Shown here: positions 1 through 8,040 of the stretch, piece by piece
How positions within the stretch are numbered: the first letter of the stretch is position 1
Layout: each line of letters starts with the position of its first letter
Origin: Thermoproteota archaeon
GTDB lineage: Archaea; Korarchaeota; Korarchaeia; Korarchaeales; Korarchaeaceae
Direction of reading: 5' to 3'
NCBI GenBank assembly: GCA_027491395.1
Contig: JAOZFI010000057.1
Span: 1-11,406 of the forward strand
DNA length: 11,406 nt
The notes under the pieces: generated by a model
Database searches by the model: none
Told to the model about the DNA's origin: nothing
The model's input: only the letters and a program-made list of their open reading frames with translations
Program-made: the position numbers and the translations under genes

Positions 1-312
1 TACGAGGTGTTGAAAAAGGTCGCACTACCCCTCTATCAATCCCTAGGGTATGGACTTGCCGAAGTGAATAAGAGAGGCGAGGACATAGTTGTTAGAAAGT
101 ACGAAAGCATAGAATGCACCTCTCTCAAGGAAGTGCTGGAGGAGAATCCTGATCTAGTAGGGAGCAGTGAGGATGTGGGGTGCAGCATGGTGAGGGGTAT
201 AATAGAGGGCGCGGTGTCGGTGATCATGGGGTTAGAGTACGAGTCTCGTGAGGAGAAGTGCATCGCTAGGGGGGATGATCACTGTGAGCTGGTCCTCACA
301 CCTCGACGATAG
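1..312 (+). CDS. V4R (4-vinyl reductase) domain protein, 5' truncated by the window edge
   Basis: The frame is open from base 1 (TAC GAG GTG TTG...), so the true start is probably upstream. The translation has the V4R pattern GYGLAE...SIEC...CSMVRGIIEGAVS...ESREEKCIARGDDHCELVL. Stop TAG at 310-312. Confidence 0.88.
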   Translation, partial: YEVLKKVALPLYQSLGYGLAEVNKRGEDIVVRKYESIECTSLKEVLEENPDLVGSSEDVGCSMVRGIIEGAVSVIMGLEYESREEKCIARGDDHCELVLTPRR

Positions 313-338
313 GGATGAGGGATCCTCAGCGAAGGAGC

Positions 339-379
339 TGTCCTTGAAAGGTTCGAATACCGACTTTCTTTTCAGGACA
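339..379 (+). terminator. Imperfect inverted repeat with a T-rich tract; possible terminator or operator
   Basis: TGTCC(T)TGAAA at 339-349 pairs with TTTCAGGACA at 370-379. TTTCTTTT at 365-372 lies about 55 nt after the V4R stop. Confidence 0.3.
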
Positions 380-391
380 AACTGCGACATC

Positions 392-399
392 CTTAATAT
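392..399 (+). promoter_or_regulatory. Putative archaeal TATA box for the zinc-ribbon/GT2 unit
   Basis: CTTAATAT about 25-31 nt upstream of ATG 424, the most TATA-like element in this intergenic region. Confidence 0.4.
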
Positions 400-423
400 C
401 ACTCGTGGGTACGGTAAACAAGG

Positions 424-1449
424 ATGGCCGTAAAGGACGAGGGATCGGACCGAGGGAGAAACGCTCTCAAGGGAAGACTGATGAACCTAATACTTTCGGG
501 GGACCTCCAAGAACTCGTTCCGGTTTTCGATCCCGATGAGGGCTTCACCTACTGCCCCGTGCTTAGGGAGATGGGGATTCGAGATTGCGAGGGGTTGGAT
601 GATGTCCTGAGAGAGTTGACGAGAAAAGGCATCCTGAGGGCAGAGCTTCACGATAATATCGCTGTGTGCGGGAGGTGCGGTTCTCACAGGCTCATCATCA
701 GGCCTGTCTGTCCTTACTGCGGGTCGATCAACTTCAACAAGACTACGGTCATAGAGCATCTCGCCTGTGGCTATTCGGGTCCGGAGACGGACTTCAAGAC
801 CCCCAGCGGAGAGATGGTCTGTCCTAAATGCGGGAAGACGCTCAGGGCTATTGGGGTGGATTACCTCAGGATCGCCGACATCTATCTGTGCTCTGACTGC
901 GGCGAGTTCTTCTCCCTGCCCGAGCTCAAGTTCGTGTGTGCCAATTGCGGTAGGGAGAACTCCATTAAGGACCTGAGAATCGCGAGGGCGTACCGCTACA
1001 GGGTCGTCCCGGAGAGGATAAGATCTCTGGAGGAGGCGTCCTTCCTCAACGAGATGGCTGACAGGTTACTCGAACTCGGCATAACGGTAGATGGTCCGGG
1101 AGCCAAGGTGAAGGGCGTCTCGGGCATAGAGCAAGTTTTTACTTTCGTGATAAGGTCCCCAGACGAGCCGATACCTGTGGCGGTGATAGATATCGTTCCT
1201 CCCGGGAAGCAGCTGAGGGAAGAGGATCTGCTGAGGTTCTTCGCGAAGGCATTCGACGCCAACGCCAAGTACTGGATACTCGCGATCCCGTCCCCTTTGG
1301 ATGAGAGGTTGAGGGACGTTGCTCGTAGGTATGGAATTACGCTGGTTGAATCCTCAGAGCATGGGGATCTGGTCGAGAGATTGATCCGAATGCTGAGAGA
1401 GCTCATAGCTGGGGAGAGGCTCTTGGAGAAGGACCACGGTACCCCATGA
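424..1449 (+). CDS. TackOD1-like (Thaumarchaeal output domain) multi-zinc-ribbon protein with a C-terminal degenerate Mrr/restriction-endonuclease-like domain
   Basis: N-terminal PVFDPDEGFTY..L...LRELTRKGIL segment, then six metal-ligand pairs: C82GRC, C96PYC, H112LAC, C133PKC, C156SDC, C172ANC. The CPKCGKTLRAIGVDY motif is typical of TackOD1. Residues ~205-325 (LLELGITV...VKGVSGIEQVFTFVI...VAVIDI...RFFAKAFD...ARRYGITLVE) follow the Mrr-cat-like pattern. Confidence 0.8.
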   Translation: MAVKDEGSDRGRNALKGRLMNLILSGDLQELVPVFDPDEGFTYCPVLREMGIRDCEGLDDVLRELTRKGILRAELHDNIAVCGRCGSHRLIIRPVCPYCGSINFNKTTVIEHLACGYSGPETDFKTPSGEMVCPKCGKTLRAIGVDYLRIADIYLCSDCGEFFSLPELKFVCANCGRENSIKDLRIARAYRYRVVPERIRSLEEASFLNEMADRLLELGITVDGPGAKVKGVSGIEQVFTFVIRSPDEPIPVAVIDIVPPGKQLREEDLLRFFAKAFDANAKYWILAIPSPLDERLRDVARRYGITLVESSEHGDLVERLIRMLRELIAGERLLEKDHGTP

Positions 1450-1450
1450 T

Positions 1451-1456
1451 GGGGTG
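1451..1456 (+). promoter_or_regulatory. Shine-Dalgarno site of the GT2 gene
   Basis: GGGGTG 5 nt before GTG 1462, within the 12-nt gap after the upstream TGA. Confidence 0.6.
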
Positions 1457-1461
1457 TTCTC

Positions 1462-2937
1462 GTGCGGAGGATTTACCTCACCGTTGCGGCGCTCTACGTC
1501 AGTATCGCCCTGATCCCTCTGGTGATACCCGGAAGCCTCACCATAGTCTCCCTCCTCATAGCTTCGGCCCTCACTCTCTACTACTTGGCTGAGGCTTTCA
1601 GGAGGGGAAGGAAGGGCCTCAGCTTCAAGAGAGGGCTGACCGAGCTCTCCATCCTCATGGTGATCGTGCCCATCGCGTTGGCTGTCGTGGTCCTCTACGA
1701 GGGACAAGCCAAGTTTCCCGGCCTATTAAACTCCCTGCTAGCCTTTGGACTGACCCTCATAACCTGGAACTACATGCTCATGTCTCCGCTCGCCGTCTAC
1801 CACAAGTACAGAGAGCTCCAGGAGGTCGAAAGGCCTCTCCTCTACCGGCCGCTGGTCTCCGTCATAGTTCCCGCCAGGAACGAGGAGAGGACCATTGCAG
1901 CGACGATAGAATCTATCCTCGAGACCGATTACGAGCCCAAGGAGGTGATAGTAGTGGACGACGCCTCAACAGACAGGACGTTCGAGATCGCGTCAAGGTA
2001 CGTCAGCAAAAAGGTCAAGGTGCTCAGGAGGGAGCACGGAGGTAGAGGGAAGGCCCCGGCCCTGAACTTCGGCATGAGGTTCGCCAAGGGCGATGTGATA
2101 GTGGTGGTGGATGCAGATACGCTGGTGGGCAGGAGGTCCATAACCGAGCTGGTGAGGAAGTTCCAAGATCCTGAGGTCTCTGCGGTCTCGGGTAACGTGC
2201 TGGTAAGGAACAGGGTGAACCTCCTCACGAAGCTTCAGGCCATAGAATACGTTCTAAGCTTCAACTTCGCTAGGAGGGCGCTCGATGTGTTCGGCGCCGT
2301 CATGATAATTTCCGGATCATTCGGAGGATTCAGGAGAGAAGTCCTACGCTCTACCGGGATGTACGACACGGATGTCGTGACAGAGGATTTCGATATCACC
2401 ATAAAGGCGCTGAAGACGGGCAGGATAGTGCAGGCCAGCTCCCTAGCCGTTGCATTTACAGAAGTGCCAAGGAAGCTCAGGGATCTGTACAGGCAGAGGA
2501 TGAGGTGGTACAGGGGGGCCTTCGAGGTCCTCCTGAAACACAGGGACGCCCTCTTCAATCTGAGGTACGGATACCTGCAGAGGCTGGTGTTTCCTGCGTT
2601 GATCATGCAGCTCATCGTAATCCCGCTGGTGGATGTGGCTGTCCTCTTCTCCCTAGTCTTAGGCCTGATTCACGGTCGATTCATACCCCTGCTGATGCAG
2701 TTCATTCTTTTCTCCTTCATACAGTTCCTCATATTCCTCCTCTCACTGCAGATAGCCGGAGAGGAGGACATAACCCTAGCGATCCTACCCCTCTTCGTCG
2801 TCGGGTACAAGCAGATGCATGAGGCCTGGATGGTGAGGGCCCTGCTGGACACCCTCATCGCTAGGGCTAGGGGAAGGAGGTTCGAGTGGGGGGAGCTGGA
2901 GAAAGAGGGACTGGACTTCAGAAAGGGCCCCTTCTGA
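1462..2937 (+). CDS. Processive GT2 glycosyltransferase (PgaC/IcaA/cellulose-synthase-like polysaccharide synthase)
   Basis: About 4 N-terminal hydrophobic helices, then VSVIVPARNEE, VVDDAS, GKAPALN, VVDAD, SGSFGGFRR, VTEDFD and QRMRW (the complete D,D,D,QxxRW set). About 3 C-terminal hydrophobic helices and a WGELEKEG tail follow. Confidence 0.93.
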   Translation: MRRIYLTVAALYVSIALIPLVIPGSLTIVSLLIASALTLYYLAEAFRRGRKGLSFKRGLTELSILMVIVPIALAVVVLYEGQAKFPGLLNSLLAFGLTLITWNYMLMSPLAVYHKYRELQEVERPLLYRPLVSVIVPARNEERTIAATIESILETDYEPKEVIVVDDASTDRTFEIASRYVSKKVKVLRREHGGRGKAPALNFGMRFAKGDVIVVVDADTLVGRRSITELVRKFQDPEVSAVSGNVLVRNRVNLLTKLQAIEYVLSFNFARRALDVFGAVMIISGSFGGFRREVLRSTGMYDTDVVTEDFDITIKALKTGRIVQASSLAVAFTEVPRKLRDLYRQRMRWYRGAFEVLLKHRDALFNLRYGYLQRLVFPALIMQLIVIPLVDVAVLFSLVLGLIHGRFIPLLMQFILFSFIQFLIFLLSLQIAGEEDITLAILPLFVVGYKQMHEAWMVRALLDTLIARARGRRFEWGELEKEGLDFRKGPF

Positions 2938-2946
2938 TCCTAAGGA

Positions 2947-3327
2947 TTAACTTTCCCTCCACAGTCTGGCAACCTCTTCAACGAGGTCATTGTCGCCCTC
3001 CACCACCAAGTGGTTCTCGCAGGCAGCCAGCAGGTTGGCGCACAGATCCAAGTAACAAGATATGCGGGGTGACCAGAGAAGCACGATCACCCTGACCCTA
3101 TTGACTAGTGGCGTGATTATGGCCTCGAACTCCTCAAAGTCATCCGGGATGGGGAGGGTCATGTGAAGACTAGGGCCCGAGATCACCAGCCGGGCATCCG
3201 GAAACCGGTCCCTCAACTTCCTCATGAAGGAATGTATCTTCAAGAGCTCCATCTTTTTGATCTGAGAGAGCCTCAGCGGCTGCCCGGAGTTTTCTCTTAA
3301 TATGGGGATCCTCGAGCGAGATCTCAA
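2947..3327 (-). CDS. Hypothetical protein (126 aa)
   Basis: The TTG start overlaps the upstream TGA stop (TTGA, 3327-3324) with GGAGG upstream. The ORF fills the gap up to the GT2 stop and has normal composition. No family recognised; the start could instead be the internal Met of MELLK. Confidence 0.6.
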   Translation of the reverse strand: MRSRSRIPILRENSGQPLRLSQIKKMELLKIHSFMRKLRDRFPDARLVISGPSLHMTLPIPDDFEEFEAIITPLVNRVRVIVLLWSPRISCYLDLCANLLAACENHLVVEGDNDLVEEVARLWRES

Positions 3328-4325
3328 GACTTCTCCGCCTCCTCCAGCGCCCTAGTAACTGTGTTTAGGGGGTCGCCTAACGATTTGAGGAACCTCATAG
3401 CCCTACTCTCGAGCTCACCAGAGCTCATGTCCTCCAGCAGCCTATCGTAGGCCCTGATCACGGTATCCTCCCTGGCCTTAACTATCAGACCCTCCCTCAT
3501 CAGAACCTCAGTGACACACGGCTCCTCCCTAGGAAAGAGGGATATCGCTGGGATACCGAGGAGCGCCGCCTCCCTTATCATGGTCCCCCCGCCGGAGAGG
3601 ACTCCAGCGGAGGTGGAGATCAGATCCAATCCGTCGACCACGCCCTCGTATCTCGATCCGTCGGGCAGGATGATCCCGCCTTCCCTCGGCATCCTGACCT
3701 CATCCAAGCCGGTCGAACGGATTAGCCTTCTCACGGCATCCTCGAAGTGCTCCGCAACTTCTAGGTAGTGGGATCTCACGGGTGGAGGTCTGACTATGAC
3801 GTATCCCCCCTCTCTTAGCCCTAAACGCCTGTGTTCCTCCTTTGTTGGCTCCTCAAGGTAATCGAGGACGTGCGATACCTCGAAGACCCCCTTGAACCTC
3901 AGGGTGGGCCCGTAGGTCGGACCCCGGAAGCACTCCGGCACCACCGCGACGGTGGAGAGGGGGAAGGTCAGCCTGGTGATCACGTGAGGCGGCAGGTCGT
4001 TATCGTTGAGGGCAACGAACGGGATTCCGAGCCCGAAAGCCACTCTAGCCTGATCCGCCGATCCCTTGGAGGTGGCCGCACTTACACCCAGTTCATCCAC
4101 CAGCTCGGCCAGTTCCCTGACCCTCTCGGCGAAGGCCCTGAGCTTCTCCTCCTTGGTGCGGCCCCACCTGCCCACCACCAAGAAGTCTTGGCCCAGCAGC
4201 CTGCGGGCCAGTTCCACCAGAGGGCCCTTTCTCCTTACCGTCACCAGCACCTCCTGAGGGTACCTGCGGAGGAACCTCCTCCAGAGCCTGACGTGGGGCT
4301 CGTTCACCACATCTATCCACAGCAT
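3324..4325 (-). CDS. DUF354 family protein (predicted GT-B-fold glycosyltransferase-like)
   Basis: N-terminal WIDVVNEPHV, central ARVAFGLGIPFVALNDND and C-terminal VLSGGGTMIREAALLGIPAIS are DUF354 signatures. An AGGTGA RBS lies just upstream, overlapping the previous stop. Confidence 0.88.
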   Translation of the reverse strand: MLWIDVVNEPHVRLWRRFLRRYPQEVLVTVRRKGPLVELARRLLGQDFLVVGRWGRTKEEKLRAFAERVRELAELVDELGVSAATSKGSADQARVAFGLGIPFVALNDNDLPPHVITRLTFPLSTVAVVPECFRGPTYGPTLRFKGVFEVSHVLDYLEEPTKEEHRRLGLREGGYVIVRPPPVRSHYLEVAEHFEDAVRRLIRSTGLDEVRMPREGGIILPDGSRYEGVVDGLDLISTSAGVLSGGGTMIREAALLGIPAISLFPREEPCVTEVLMREGLIVKAREDTVIRAYDRLLEDMSSGELESRAMRFLKSLGDPLNTVTRALEEAEKS

Positions 4326-4333
4326 ACCATCAC

Positions 4334-6766
4334 CTAGGGGGTCAGAGCGTACTCCACCACCAGCCTCACGTCCGTTCCTAAAGCGTGCCTCACCGTCTCC
4401 TCAGCAGCCCTCACCACCGCCGGGGTCATGACCGGTCCCTGTTTGAACCTCGCCTCGCTCACATATATCCTAGCTCTAAGCACCCACTCCGCCCCTCTAG
4501 AGGTCAGGGAAACGTTAACATCCTCCGGCAGCACGCCAGCATAGGAGGCGATTATCTCCTTCACCACCTTCATCACGTTGCCCGTTGAGAGTGTCTCGGC
4601 GGCCCTCATCGACTCGAACGCCGCGGCACTGTGGATCATGAGGGTGAGGAAGGTGAAGATCATGAAGGCGTAGAGGGCGATCCTCTTCCTCCTCTCCCAG
4701 AGGAATCTGTTCGAATAAACGGTGACGAACGCCATGACGAGGAGCGTGTATCCGGCGCTGACGTGGGTGAACCTGTTGATTCCCAGGATGTAACCGGACG
4801 TGAGCCAGAAGAGGAAAGCGTAGCCGAGGACCCTAGCCCTGCTCCTCCAGCTACCGGTCTCCCGGGCCCTCACCGCCTCTAGGGTCGTCAGTCTGAGGAA
4901 GGCTGCCGAGGCAATGAGGGCGAGGAAGAAAACCACGTTGGGAGTTAGCAGGCTGAGGGGGAGGATCGAGGCGACGAAAGCGATAACGCCAAGGAGGGAA
5001 TCATGAGCGATCGAGAAGAGGCCGGAGGCGTTGGTAGAGATCACAGCACCAAACAGCCAGCTCAGGACTATCGGGAGGAGAACGAAGGCCACTTTCCTGC
5101 CTATGGCTTTCAGGGCCTCCCCGGGGGACTTGGTCCCAAGCAGGCCGACCGACACCTTCACCCAGAGGGAGAGGAACCACACGACCGCCACTATGAAGGA
5201 ACCCACTGCCCTCAAAAGGACCTCGGCGCTCGTCCTGGCAACTCTTCCAGACATCTCACTGAAGGACTCCATGAACTCATGGAGAACGCGATCTATCACT
5301 GGGTATATGGCGTAGAACTTAGCCGAGATGTAGCCAGCAGCTATCAGGGCGATCACGTTCACAGCTACCAATGTGGCAGAGCCGACGAATAGTGAGGGGT
5401 TGAGCATCGCCAAAGACACTCCCACAGCGGCAGCCGGTGGTACTAGAGCTATGGCTATGGCAGAACCGACCAGAGCAGCCTCGGCTCTCTCGTGCATCAT
5501 GGCAACGGATCCAGCGAACCCTGCAGCCAAGGCTATGGCCAGATCAACTAGATTGGGACTTCCCCTGGCAGCTAGCTCCCTCGTGATTTGGAGGGGAACG
5601 TAGGAACCAGCGAGGGCGGAAGTGACCCAAGAGAGAACAATTACTAGGAAGAGGGCTTCTAACCCTACCTTCAGTCCTGTGTAGAAGAGGTCCAGACCTG
5701 TAACCTCCCCCCTCCTCACATCTATGAGAGCCAACCCCACAGCTCCAGCCACGATGGCCCCCATCAGGGGGGAGAGGAGCATCGAACCAATAATCGCGTA
5801 CACGTTATCCGCCATCAATCCCACTGCAGCCAAGGCGCTGGCCAGAGAAGTCATTATCATCGATTTGGGATCCGAGACCTCCTTAATCTGATCGAAAGCC
5901 CTTCCCAATATTCTGAGGGCCCTCTGATTAGCCTCATTTATCACCTCGCTGCTTTCAGCCTCCTCCATCTCCGACACCAAGTAATAGGTGAGGGTGATGT
6001 AGCCAGTGGTGTAGAGTGGGAAGAGCGCGAGCAGGAGGAGTATGACCCAGAGAGAGGCTGTTACTAGCCTGTACCAGAACTCGACGCTTATACCGGTGGG
6101 CATCTTAAGTGAGGAGTCTATGCTGCTAGACACAGACCAGACAACAAGTTCTAAGCTCCACAGCTTCCTTATTCGTCCGTTCATCTCCTCCATGGTGGAG
6201 GAGATGTTCTCATAGAGCTCCGCGGCCCTGAGGGGATCCCTCCCCTCAACTAGGAGCCTCACGAGCTCGCCGAACTGCTCCGCCATCTCAGCCCTTTCGG
6301 ATAGGAGGATCGAGAGCTCGCTCTCGTTCAGCCTGATCGCCTTCAGCTTATCCAGCTTGTCGTCCAGATCGGCGAGGGACGTTGCCAAGTGAGTGACATC
6401 CCTGAGCGTGGGGATCACGGTCAGGCTAGCGTTCTCGGTCACATTGACGTTGAGGTAGGAGAGGGTTACCCTCACGGGATAAACACCGGGTTTAGAGGGC
6501 GCAGTTAGGGAGAAGTGATGCACCTCCGCCGTACCTGTGGAGACGAAGAATCTCTCCTTTCGGATCGGCGTTCCCTCGTCTATCACTTCCACCTTCACGG
6601 TGTAGTGCGTGCCCTGGGGCAACCCAACGCTCAGAGCGACCGTGACATTTACCAAGCCCGACGGGCCGACAGCCCTAGGTTCCAAGGCAACCTCGATGCC
6701 CGGTACTTGTGCTCCGGCGTGCAGCAGGGTGATGGCTATTAATGCTAGGAGAAGGGCCCTCCTCAT
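4334..6766 (-). CDS. Extended DUF389 (TIGR00341-like) polytopic membrane protein with a signal peptide, an Ig-like segment and a coiled coil
   Basis: Core motifs LAAVGLMADNVYAIIGSMLLSPLMG, RGSPNLVDLAIALAAGFAG and LVGSAIAIALVPPAAAVG. N-terminal MRRALLLALIAITLLHAGA is signal-like, followed by a beta-rich segment ending APSKPGVYPVRVTLSY and a heptad-rich helical stretch. Confidence 0.85.
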   Translation of the reverse strand: MRRALLLALIAITLLHAGAQVPGIEVALEPRAVGPSGLVNVTVALSVGLPQGTHYTVKVEVIDEGTPIRKERFFVSTGTAEVHHFSLTAPSKPGVYPVRVTLSYLNVNVTENASLTVIPTLRDVTHLATSLADLDDKLDKLKAIRLNESELSILLSERAEMAEQFGELVRLLVEGRDPLRAAELYENISSTMEEMNGRIRKLWSLELVVWSVSSSIDSSLKMPTGISVEFWYRLVTASLWVILLLLALFPLYTTGYITLTYYLVSEMEEAESSEVINEANQRALRILGRAFDQIKEVSDPKSMIMTSLASALAAVGLMADNVYAIIGSMLLSPLMGAIVAGAVGLALIDVRRGEVTGLDLFYTGLKVGLEALFLVIVLSWVTSALAGSYVPLQITRELAARGSPNLVDLAIALAAGFAGSVAMMHERAEAALVGSAIAIALVPPAAAVGVSLAMLNPSLFVGSATLVAVNVIALIAAGYISAKFYAIYPVIDRVLHEFMESFSEMSGRVARTSAEVLLRAVGSFIVAVVWFLSLWVKVSVGLLGTKSPGEALKAIGRKVAFVLLPIVLSWLFGAVISTNASGLFSIAHDSLLGVIAFVASILPLSLLTPNVVFFLALIASAAFLRLTTLEAVRARETGSWRSRARVLGYAFLFWLTSGYILGINRFTHVSAGYTLLVMAFVTVYSNRFLWERRKRIALYAFMIFTFLTLMIHSAAAFESMRAAETLSTGNVMKVVKEIIASYAGVLPEDVNVSLTSRGAEWVLRARIYVSEARFKQGPVMTPAVVRAAEETVRHALGTDVRLVVEYALTP

Positions 6767-6798
6767 CCCTCGTCTTCTCTCCCATATGGACCAAAAAT

Positions 6799-8040
6799 TT
6801 AACGCTTAGCCCTCAGCTTGGGCACGACCAAACTCGCCTCGGGCAGGACTGCCACCTTCCCGCCCACCCTAGCGAGGGCCTCGTCCAACGCCTCCTGCGG
6901 ATTGAAGAAGGGCTTGAATCCTATCCTCTCGAGAACCTCAGGGCTCAAGTCAGTGACCGCGTACACCTCCGCCTTATCCAGAAGCTCCACTATCTTCGCG
7001 GACTTGTGATAGCCGAGCCTGTAATTCTTCCAGACGTATTCCCTGATCTCCTTTCTGCTCCTCCCGGCCAGGAGGTCGTAGAAGTTTCTGGGTCCTATAC
7101 CGTCCCAGCAGGGCGCGACGAGTATGACCACGCCGCCCTCCCTCACCAAGGGCTTGGCGGCCTCCAGCGCCTTGTGGGACTGATAGAGATCTATTCCCAT
7201 CTCTCCAGGGGCTACGGTCACAACTATGTCCGCCTGCTCGGGCAGCTCCACCGAGTACCTGCTCTCCACCTCCTCGACTAGGGAGTAGAAGGAGTCGAAT
7301 ATGTTACCTGACTTGGCGGCCCACGCCCTCCCCTCCCCGGTGATGGCCACATTCAGGGAGAAGATCCTCACTCTCCCCGCTACCTTCCTGACAATCTCCT
7401 CTAAATCTTCGTGCAGTGGGTTTCCTCTGAGTCTCCCAAGGGCCGCTTCGGGAAGGAGTGCCATCTTGTGGTTCGCCTCGACGCATTCATAGGCACACAG
7501 GCCGGGTGCTATGCTCTTCCTCCCACCAGTGTAGCCGGCAAAGTAGTGGGGCTCTATCGAGCCCAAGGTAATTACAAGATCGTTTCTGAAGACTTCCGAG
7601 TTTATCAGGACGGGGGTCCCCCTCGCGGTCCTTCCCAAGTCGGTGAACTCGCTTCCCTTCGAGTCATGGTACGTCGTTACCCTTCTCAGTCTGTCGTAGT
7701 GGTGTCCCAGTATCAGCCCCCTGTACTCCTCCTCGGTGGGTGGCCTGTGTGTCCCGGTGGCGACTATGATCCTCGCGTCCCCCTCCAACCTTGGGAGGAC
7801 GTGGTCCAGCATCTTAGGAGTGGGGGTGAGTCTGGCGGAGTCGTTAACCACTATGAGCACCTTAGAAGCCCTGATCTCCTCCAACCGATCGCTGCTAACT
7901 GGAGAATCCAGTGCCTCCTCCAGCATTTCATCTACATCAACTTGGGGAGGGGCCTTTACACCGTAGACCCCCAGCAGATTCTCATCCGGGATATTGAGGT
8001 GAAGGGGCCTGTCCCCGTAGAGGATCCTCACCTTCCCCAC
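6799..8040 (-). CDS. larA: LarA-family nickel-pincer-dependent 2-hydroxyacid racemase/epimerase
   Basis: Motifs NDSARLTP, ATGTHR, EPHYFAGYTGGRKSIAPG, EANH and DLYQSHKAL match the conserved LarA Asp/Arg pair, two catalytic His, the cofactor-binding Lys, the Ni-ligand His and YQxxK. The GTG start overlaps the upstream gene by 13 nt. Substrate is not established. Confidence 0.93.
   Translation of the reverse strand: MGKVRILYGDRPLHLNIPDENLLGVYGVKAPPQVDVDEMLEEALDSPVSSDRLEEIRASKVLIVVNDSARLTPTPKMLDHVLPRLEGDARIIVATGTHRPPTEEEYRGLILGHHYDRLRRVTTYHDSKGSEFTDLGRTARGTPVLINSEVFRNDLVITLGSIEPHYFAGYTGGRKSIAPGLCAYECVEANHKMALLPEAALGRLRGNPLHEDLEEIVRKVAGRVRIFSLNVAITGEGRAWAAKSGNIFDSFYSLVEEVESRYSVELPEQADIVVTVAPGEMGIDLYQSHKALEAAKPLVREGGVVILVAPCWDGIGPRNFYDLLAGRSRKEIREYVWKNYRLGYHKSAKIVELLDKAEVYAVTDLSPEVLERIGFKPFFNPQEALDEALARVGGKVAVLPEASLVVPKLRAKR

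Noticed and set aside
350-361. tRNA fragment or integration site suggested by GGTTCGAATACC
   Set aside because: Only a T-loop-like word. No cloverleaf, acceptor stem or nearby integrase.
310-379. Stop-codon recoding element (PYLIS/SECIS) after the V4R TAG
   Set aside because: The V4R domain is already complete at the TAG, a TGA follows two codons later, and no in-frame UGA is visible in the available part of the gene.
6793-6802. Minus-strand TTAAATTTTT at the larA stop as a terminator or internal promoter for DUF389
   Set aside because: It is compatible with either role or neither, and is too short to call without transcript data.
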